Assembly (NCBI GenBank): GCA_963720595.1
Contig: CAVRFY010000005.1
Coordinates: 1,615,733 to 1,679,732, forward strand
Direction of reading: 5' to 3'
DNA length: 64,000 nucleotides
Source of the DNA: an uncultured Actinomycetota bacterium
Lineage (GTDB): Bacteria > Actinomycetota > Actinomycetes > Streptosporangiales > Streptosporangiaceae
Below the pieces are notes generated by a model. That model had not been told where the DNA came from. It worked only from the letters and a program-made list of their open reading frames with translations, and did not search any database. A program made the position numbers and the translations under genes. This document shows positions 57,467 through 64,000 of this stretch, piece by piece. The stretch's first letter is position 1. Each line of letters begins with the position of its first letter.

Positions 57467-57930
57467 TCACCTCGTCAGGACGTTTAGCCGCCCGGGAGCG
57501 AAGTACCCAGGCGGCCGGCCGCGGAAGCGCTCAGGCATAAGAGCATGCCTGCTCATGGGGGAACCTGTAACTTGCCTGCGCTGGTAGACCTCGAGCCCGG
57601 TCTCCACCAGCTTCGGGGGCAGCTTGTCGCGCGTAATGTGCGAGAGCGCCCCCGACCGGCTCGGCGAAGTTATCAGCGCCCGGAGTTGCGGGCGATTCAG
57701 CACCGCCTCAGGCTCGCGCAGGTCGGCCTGGATGACCGCGGTCGCGCCATTATCGGTCAGCAATTCATTAGCGATAACGAGCGCCATCGGGTCACTGTCG
57801 ATATAGACGACCCTGGCGCCGGGGCAACCGCGTGCAGCACTTCGTGCGTGTTGCTCTGCGTCGGCAAATCAGCCGTGACCGTCGGGCCGGTATGGCCGGC
57901 TCGACGGAACCGGGAGGCGACGCTTGTGGA
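57467..57930 (-). pseudogene. DUF574-type SAM-dependent methyltransferase remnant (frameshifted, N-terminally truncated)
   Basis: LPTQSNTHEVLHAVAP in one frame, then GARVVYIDSDPMALVIANELLTDNGATAVIQADLREPEAVL in another. The frame breaks at a run of C near 57815-57822. Confidence 0.5.
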
Positions 57931-58048
57931 GCCGAAGGCGCCCGGCGCGCTCAGCCGTGCGGTAACGGCGGAGGCGGTACCCGATCGCTGCGAGACTCCC
58001 GCCGAGAACCACCCAGGGCGCGAGCATGAACACGATCCCCCCGCTCAT
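57869..58048 (-). CDS. Possible small membrane protein (about 59 aa)
   Basis: Internal ATG of ORF 57869..58177. MSGGIVFMLAPWVVLGGSLAAIGY is a TM helix and third-position GC is high. Confidence 0.25.
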   Translation of the reverse strand: MSGGIVFMLAPWVVLGGSLAAIGYRLRRYRTAERAGRLRLHKRRLPVPSSRPYRPDGHG

Positions 58049-58194
58049 CCCGCCGTCCTCCGCTCGCCCGTCGCCCCGCGAACTACAGCCCGGCAGCGTG
58101 AAGATCGTGTGAAGGCGCCCTGTCGGCGGCGTGAAGCCGGAGCAGCCCCGACGACAGACCAGGCAGGAGACCGGCACCCGGCGCGAAGCCGGCT

Positions 58195-59700
58195 TTATAG
58201 CTCGCTGGCGGAGACTTCGCTCGCGGCGACCACCGCGCTCGCCGCGCTCGCCGCGCTGGCCGCTCCGGCAGCAGCCACCGCAGCCGCGGCGGTGGCCGAA
58301 ACGCGACGCTCTCCCTGCGCCGATGCCCTGGCGGTCGGCCTGCCTGGCGCATCCGCGGCAGCCAGCGGCAGCCTGACGGTGACCTCGGTGCCCGCGCCAG
58401 GCTCGCTCGTGATCTGGATGGTGCCGTGGTGCGCGCGAACCAGTTCGCTGACGATGGTCAGCCCGATGCCACTGCCGGCCACGCCGGAAGATCGCCGGCC
58501 ACGAAAGAACCGCTGGGAGACCATAGGCAGCTCAGCGGACGGGATCCCGATGCCGGTGTCGGAGACTCGCAGCACCGCCATCTCGGCGCCGTCGTCTTCG
58601 GCCTGCCCGGCGGCCATGATCACGATGCCACCGGCCGACGTGAACTTCATCGCGTTGGTCAGCAGGTTGGTGACGATCTCGTGCACGCGACGCGGGTCGC
58701 ACAGCACCGGTGCCCGGTCGAGCCGCCGCTGCAGGGTAATGCCCGCGGCGGCGAAGGCGTCGGCGAGGCTGTCGGCCGCGCCGTCGGCGGCGACCGCGAG
58801 ATCACTCGGAACGAGCGTAAGCTGCAGCGCCGCCGCCTCGGCAGAGGCCAGCCGCTGCAAGTCGTCGACCATGCGGGCCAGCCGCAGTACCTCGTCGCGC
58901 AGCGACGCCAGGTGCTCCGATGTCGGCTTGGCCAGCCCGTCGATCAGCGCTTCGTGTCCCGCCTGCAGGATCGCGATCGGAGTACGCAGTTCATGCGCGA
59001 CATCGGCGACCAGGTTGCGCCGCACGCTGTCCTGCTCCTCCCTGGCATCGGCCATCTCGTCGAATGCCTCAGCCAGTTCGCGGATCTCGCCGAATCCCTG
59101 CACATCCCCGGCTCGCGCCCGTAGATCGCCCCGGCCCCTGGTCCTGGCCGCCTCGATCAGTCGGTCGACTGGAGCGGTAATCCGGCGCGACACGAGCAGC
59201 GCGACCAGCAGCGCGATCACCGCCGCCATGCCGGTCGCACCGATTCTCCCGGTCCACCGCTCCGCCTCGAAGCGGGAGATGGCGGCGCCAATGCCCCTGC
59301 CGTCGAATTCGACCGTCACCCAGCCGACAGGGCGATGGTTCGCGAAGATCTGCCGCGAATAAGAGGATCCGGAGCTGTTACTGCCGAAATGCGCCGACTG
59401 ACGCACCACATTGCGGGCCAGGTCGGTCACCCGCGCTTGGCCGCCGGCCTGGACGGCGAAGTCGATCACCGGGGCCAGCTCCGCGTGCGCCCAGTCCGAG
59501 TGGCCGTAGGCTGCTCCGGCGGCGAGCGCCGTGGCGCTGGTCAGATCGGATTCCTGCTGCCTGACAAGCTGATCGACGTCCAGGGTCGAAGTTAGCGATC
59601 CGAAGAGGATCGACGACGCGATGGCGGCGAACGCGACACCGACGAAGGCGAGCGCGAGCCGCAGGCCGAGTTGGCCGATCCACGGAGTGCCCTTAGCCAT
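58195..59700 (-). CDS. Sensor histidine kinase (HAMP-HisKA-HATPase), here called HK1
   Basis: H-box LVADVAHELRTPIAIL, DTGIGI, GSGIGLTIV. Ala/Ser-rich tail. Overlaps the RR stop by 8 nt. Confidence 0.85.
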   Translation of the reverse strand: MAKGTPWIGQLGLRLALAFVGVAFAAIASSILFGSLTSTLDVDQLVRQQESDLTSATALAAGAAYGHSDWAHAELAPVIDFAVQAGGQARVTDLARNVVRQSAHFGSNSSGSSYSRQIFANHRPVGWVTVEFDGRGIGAAISRFEAERWTGRIGATGMAAVIALLVALLVSRRITAPVDRLIEAARTRGRGDLRARAGDVQGFGEIRELAEAFDEMADAREEQDSVRRNLVADVAHELRTPIAILQAGHEALIDGLAKPTSEHLASLRDEVLRLARMVDDLQRLASAEAAALQLTLVPSDLAVAADGAADSLADAFAAAGITLQRRLDRAPVLCDPRRVHEIVTNLLTNAMKFTSAGGIVIMAAGQAEDDGAEMAVLRVSDTGIGIPSAELPMVSQRFFRGRRSSGVAGSGIGLTIVSELVRAHHGTIQITSEPGAGTEVTVRLPLAAADAPGRPTARASAQGERRVSATAAAAVAAAGAASAASAASAVVAASEVSASEL

Positions 59701-60391
59701 CCCTGGTCAGGCCTAGCCGGTACCCCCCACCGAGCACGGTCTGCACAATTTCCGGGCTGGCCGGATCTTCCTCGATCTTGCGCCGCAGGTTCTTCACGTG
59801 CGAGTCGATGGTCCGCTCGTACCCTTCGAAGTCATAGCCACGGACCCGGTTGATCAGCTCAAAGCGCGAGTAAACCCGGCCAGGAACGGTGGCCAGGGCG
59901 ACCAGGATGCCCCACTCAGTTGGGGTCAGCTCGACCTCGGCGCCGCGGACCTCGGCGACTCGCCGCGGCTCGTCGATGGCCAGCGTGCCGTCGCTAAACC
60001 GGGTGACTCCGCGGTCGCTGGCCGGCGGCGCGTTGCGGCGCAGGATGGCCTGAACCCGAAGCACGAGTTCCCGCGGGCTGAACGGCTTCGTGACGTAGTC
60101 GTCCGCCCCGAGTTCGAGGCCCGCGATCCTGTCTTCCTCGCTGGTCTTCGCGGTCAGCATCAGAATCGGCGTGGAACTGACGGCCCTGACCTCGCGGGCG
60201 ACGGTCTCGCCTGGGACGTCGGGGAGCCCGAGATCCAGCACGATCAGATCGGGCGCCGCGGACTCCGCCACCGTGATCGCCTCGGCACCCGAGTCGGTCG
60301 ACAGCACGGAGAAGCCAGCACGCTCAAGGTACGTGCGGACAAGGTCCCTGAGCTTGCGCTCGTCTTCGACCAGCAGCACCGTCGCCGTCAT
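59693..60391 (-). CDS. OmpR-family response regulator
   Basis: ATG 60391 (MTATVLLVEDE). LDLGLPDVPG, GADDYVTKPF, TPTEWGIL ending GGGYRL. Confidence 0.9.
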   Translation of the reverse strand: MTATVLLVEDERKLRDLVRTYLERAGFSVLSTDSGAEAITVAESAAPDLIVLDLGLPDVPGETVAREVRAVSSTPILMLTAKTSEEDRIAGLELGADDYVTKPFSPRELVLRVQAILRRNAPPASDRGVTRFSDGTLAIDEPRRVAEVRGAEVELTPTEWGILVALATVPGRVYSRFELINRVRGYDFEGYERTIDSHVKNLRRKIEEDPASPEIVQTVLGGGYRLGLTRDG

Positions 60392-60859
60392 CGGGATCCG
60401 ATCATCGTCCGGCGTCTCCGTATTCCGGCGGCCGCTCGGCCGCCTGTCAACATGCAACTATGATCCCATGTCCGCTATGCGACCCCAAGATCAGGCCGCT
60501 GACATGGGCAAAGAACCAGTTCCACACGACCTGCACATCCGGTACACACCGCCGCCACGGCCGGCCTATTAGAATTATGTGCATACCCGCTATGAACGAG
60601 AAACGGGGGTTGGGGGATGAGCACGCGGCGCGTCGCGCCGATCGCCATCTCGCGTGACGCGCCCGGTCGCGTTGGACCTGTCCGGATGACTTGGGGGAGC
60701 ATCCGGCAGATCCGGGACACAATTGGGGGGATGTCCCGGGGAGTCCGTTGCGACCGGGCGCGAACGCGTCCGCGGACGGGTGATCCACCCGTGCTGAGCA
60801 GACCCGCCGTCAGGCGCCCGTGGTCAGGCGCCGTGGTCAGGCTCCTCTCGGCTGGCGAC

Positions 60860-62258
60860 CTAGCTGGTCGCGCATCTGAGCAGCGCGAGCCGACGCGACT
60901 CGACCGGATCAATCGCCGGGAGCAGCACCGTCACTTGCGTCCCGCTGCCTGGCTTGCTCGTGATCGCCAGTTCGCCGCCGTGGGCGTGCACCAACTCGCT
61001 CGCGATTGTCAGACCGATGCCGCTGCCGCCGGCCATTTGCGGCGCGCGGACGCCACGGAAGAACCGCTCCGTCACGTGCGGCAGTTCGTCGGGCTGGATG
61101 CCGATGCCCGTGTCGCCGATCCGCACCATCGCCTGCCCGCTCTCGCCGGCCCCAGTTTCCAGTACAACGGTGCCGCCGGTTGGGGTGAATTTCAGCGCAT
61201 TTGTGAGCAGATTCGAGATAACCTCGCGCATCCGGTCGGCGTCGCACCGGACGTGAACCTCGGTCAGACGCCGCACCAGGCTTACGCCCGCGGTGCCGAA
61301 CGAGCCGCCCAGGTTTCCCGCCGCCTCTGCCGCGATGGTGGCGAGGTCCTGGGGTGCGAGTGTCAGCTGAAGCGCCGCCGCCTCTGCGGCCGCCAGCCGC
61401 TGCAGGTCATCCACCATGTGAGCCAGGCGCAGTACCTCCTCGCGCACTGACTCGAGGTTCTCGCGGCTCGGGTCGGTGATCCCGTCGAGCATGGCCTCGT
61501 GGCTGGCCTGGAGCACGGCGACCGGCGTGCGGAGCTCGTGCGCCACGTCGGCCACCAGGTTGCGCTGCAGCCGGTCCTGCTCGTCGAGCGCGTCGGTCGT
61601 CCGGTTGAAGGACTGCAGCAACTCGCGGACCACGCCGATGCCGCGCACGTTCTTGACCCGGACCGAGCGTCCGCCCTGGCCCCGCGCCCGGACGGCCTCA
61701 AGCAGCAGTTCGAGCGGCCCGCCGATCGCCCTGGCCATCACGAGCGAGACCCCAAGGGCGATCAGCGCCGCTATCCCGGCGGCTATCAGCCGCGATTGCA
61801 GCCGCCTGGACTCGAATTGCCGCACGATCATGCGCGATGCCCTTGTGGCTGAAGCGGACCTGAATCGTGCCGACCGACCGCCCCCTGGTCTCGATGGTCG
61901 CGGTGCGCTCGTGCGCGGTGGGAAAGGCAGCGAACCCGGGGGAGGAACCGACCACCTCATGGGCCATGTCCCTAAGCTCCACGGCCGCGCCGGCCCGCCT
62001 GGCCAGGTCGAAGACCGGGTCAAGGTCGGCGCGACGCCAGCCGATCCCCTGATAGGCCGCGCCCGCGGTGAGCCCGGCGGCCTGGGCCAGGCTGCGCTCC
62101 TGATGCCCGACCACGCGGCCGATGTCAGAGCGGAGGTTTTCCGCGCTGAGAGCCGCGTTGACCGCGATCGCGGCCAGCGCGACAGCAACGAACGCCAGCA
62201 CGAGCCGCCGCCCGAGCTGGCCTATTCCCAGAAACTTTTGATTCCGCATTTCCAGCAC
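60860..62258 (-). pseudogene. Paralogous sensor histidine kinase (HK2) with a frameshift near 61836-61842
   Basis: ORF 61698..62258 gives the N-terminal sensor, colinear with HK1 (GQLGRRLVLAFVAVALAAIA). ORF 60860..62188 gives TM2, HAMP, the H-box LVADVAHELRTPVAVL and the ATPase. The frames meet at HKGIA | SRMIVRQFE. Confidence 0.7.
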
Positions 62259-62376
62259 GGCCGTGTCGGCCTGCCATCACCCCCGTCACCCAGCCACCTC
62301 GTGGCCGGTTTCGTTATCGAACCCCGGATGCCCGGCGCCCCGGGCCGGCTGAAACCACAATGCCCGACCTGCGCAG

Positions 62377-62766
62377 TCAGCCAGCGGCGAGCCGCAGTCG
62401 CCGCCTCGCAGGCTGGCCAGCCGCGCCGGGCCCGGCGGAGCGCGGCTGCCACCTCAGCTGGTCTAGCGCGCAGCACGGACAGAATCTGACCTGCGGGCTC
62501 TCGGCCAGCCATGCGGCGGGCATGGGTTGCTCGCACCGCTCGCAGATCCCGTAGCCGCCGGCCTTGAGCCGGTCGATGGCCTCCTCGATCTCGGCCAGCG
62601 TCTCGTGCGCGGCCAGCACGCGATCTTGCAGCCGCGCGTCCGGATCCTCGTCGTCGGCGATGGACAGCAACACGATCAGGTCGACCGTCTGCCGCCACAT
62701 CTCCTCGAGCCTGGCCAGGCACCGATCAGGATCGGCCTGGCCATCGGCAGCGCACAGCCCGGCCAT
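62377..62766 (-). CDS. TraR/DksA-family C4 zinc-finger protein
   Basis: GYGICERCEQPMPAAWL and RFCPCC. ATG 62766. Confidence 0.7.
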   Translation of the reverse strand: MAGLCAADGQADPDRCLARLEEMWRQTVDLIVLLSIADDEDPDARLQDRVLAAHETLAEIEEAIDRLKAGGYGICERCEQPMPAAWLAESPQVRFCPCCALDQLRWQPRSAGPGAAGQPARRRLRLAAG

Positions 62767-62904
62767 CGTGACGTGCTGACCCGCATCGACGGTGGACCGA
62801 CCCTGTCCGCCGTGAGATTCGATCCCCGACCGCATCGGCATAGCAGAGCAAGCCGGGATGCAGTCCTGATGCCACGACTGTGGAGCCCGCGTGGAGCGTG
62901 CAGG

Positions 62905-63273
62905 TCAGTCCGATTGGCCGGAAAGCAGCACATCAGCGTCGAAACAGGTGCGGTCTCCGGTGTGGCAGGCCGCTCCGCGCTGGTCGACTAGTACCAGGAC
63001 CGTGTCGCCATCGCAGTCGAGCGCGACCGACTTGACGACTTGGGAGTGGCCGGAGGTCTCGCCCTTGACCCAGTACTCCTGTCTGCTGCGCGACCAGTAG
63101 GTACAGCGGCCGGTGGTCAGCGTGCGATGCAGTGCCTCATCGTCCATCCAACCGAGCATGAGCACCTCGCGCGTGTCGAACTGCTGCGCGATCGCGGGGA
63201 TCAACCCGGCCGCGTCCCGCTTGAGCCTGGCCGCGATCCGCGGGTCGAGGTTGCCGTCGCTAGTCGTGTTCAT
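62905..63273 (-). CDS. hisI: Phosphoribosyl-AMP cyclohydrolase
   Basis: [57 protein letters not shown]. Confidence 0.9.
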   Translation of the reverse strand: MNTTSDGNLDPRIAARLKRDAAGLIPAIAQQFDTREVLMLGWMDDEALHRTLTTGRCTYWSRSRQEYWVKGETSGHSQVVKSVALDCDGDTVLVLVDQRGAACHTGDRTCFDADVLLSGQSD

Positions 63274-64000
63274 GACTCTCCTGGCTGGCGAGGCGAACCG
63301 GGTATCCCGCTGCCCGCAGTGATTCCTTGACCTCGCCGATCCGCAGCTCGCCGAAGTGGAACAGGCTCGCGGCGAGCACGGCGTCGGCGCCTGCCTGCAC
63401 CGCGGGAACGAAGTCGGCGACCCGTCCGGCCCCGCCGCTCGCGATCACCGGCACGTCGACCACAGCGCGCACCGCCTTGATCAGGGGCAGGTCGAATCCC
63501 TCTTTCGTGCCGTCCGCGTCCATCGAGTTGAGCAGGATCTCGCCCGCGCCCAGCTCGGCTGCCCTGGCGGCCCATTCCAGCGCGTCGAGTCCGGTACCCC
63601 GGCGCCCGCCGTGGGTGGTGACTTCGAACCCGCCAGCCTGGCCCTCCGCGCGCCTGGCGTCGACCGAGATGACCACGCACTGCGAGCCGAACCTGGCGGC
63701 CACCTCGGTCAGCAACCCCGGCCTGGCGATCGCCGCGGTATTCAGCGAGACCTTGTCCGCGCCGGCGCGGAGGAGCCGGTCCACGTCGTCGGCGCTCCGC
63801 ACCCCGCCGCCTACGGTCAGCGGGATAAAAACCTGGTCGGCGGTACGCGCCACGACATCGTGCATCGTCTGCCGCCCGTCGCTCGATGCCGTGATGTCGA
63901 GGAACACCAGCTCGTCCGCGCCGTCGGCATCGTAGCGAGCGGCCAGCTCGACCGGATCGCCCGCGTCGCGCAGGCCGAGGAAGTTGACGCCCTTGACCAC
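63260..64000 (-). CDS. hisF: Imidazole glycerol phosphate synthase cyclase subunit (partial; N-terminus beyond the window)
   Basis: [55 protein letters not shown]. Overlaps the hisI start by 14 nt. Confidence 0.9.
   Translation of the reverse strand: MVKGVNFLGLRDAGDPVELAARYDADGADELVFLDITASSDGRQTMHDVVARTADQVFIPLTVGGGVRSADDVDRLLRAGADKVSLNTAAIARPGLLTEVAARFGSQCVVISVDARRAEGQAGGFEVTTHGGRRGTGLDALEWAARAAELGAGEILLNSMDADGTKEGFDLPLIKAVRAVVDVPVIASGGAGRVADFVPAVQAGADAVLAASLFHFGELRIGEVKESLRAAGYPVRLASQESHEHD

Noticed and set aside
57545-59362. 605-aa plus-strand ORF over the HK1 gene
   Set aside because: Ser/Ala/Arg-rich nonsense antisense to a kinase with H-box and G-boxes.

Overview
High-G+C actinobacterial chromosomal segment, densely coding on both strands. 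I support about 60 apparently intact CDS, two identical tRNA-Lys(CTT) genes at 31.5 kb and 55.6 kb, at least a dozen disrupted or truncated genes, and many short perfect tandem repeats. I found no rRNA, CRISPR array, transposase, integrase or phage structural gene. Content from left to right: MMPL transporter; frameshifted Na+/H+ antiporter; CoA-transferase; DUF2961/GH172; M55 peptidase. Next comes a large signalling cluster at 10.8-19.1 kb: SigB/F-type sigma factor, PAS-GAF-PP2C, GAF, GAF-ANTAR, REC-PP2C, CHASE3 histidine kinase and a lone REC. Then an LCP protein; an OmpR/HK pair; a dimethylglycine-oxidase-like FAD/GcvT fusion; an AbiEi/DUF559 protein; fructosamine kinase with an LMW-PTP. 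From 33.0 to 36.8 kb lies a decayed stretch: an ECF sigma pseudogene with an intact anti-sigma factor, plus fragments of acyl-CoA synthetase, an MDR reductase and a MerR/GyrI-like protein. After that: a DeoR/MFS pair; a vapBC module followed by a 789-aa 2OG-Fe(II) oxygenase of unknown function, surrounded by PIN-toxin debris. The TetR-P450-SDR-CYP51-ferredoxin locus and its neighbours appear, from memory, syntenic with M. tuberculosis Rv0762c-Rv0771. The window ends with an AT-richer gap, an L,D-transpeptidase, an HK(frameshifted)-RR-HK array, a DksA/TraR protein, and hisI and hisF. The most unusual candidate system is the vapBC + large 2OG-oxygenase locus at 40.0-43.7 kb. The runner-up is the sigma/PP2C/ANTAR cluster, which lacks RsbV/RsbW-type partners. 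All family calls come from motif recognition by eye and none is a database result.
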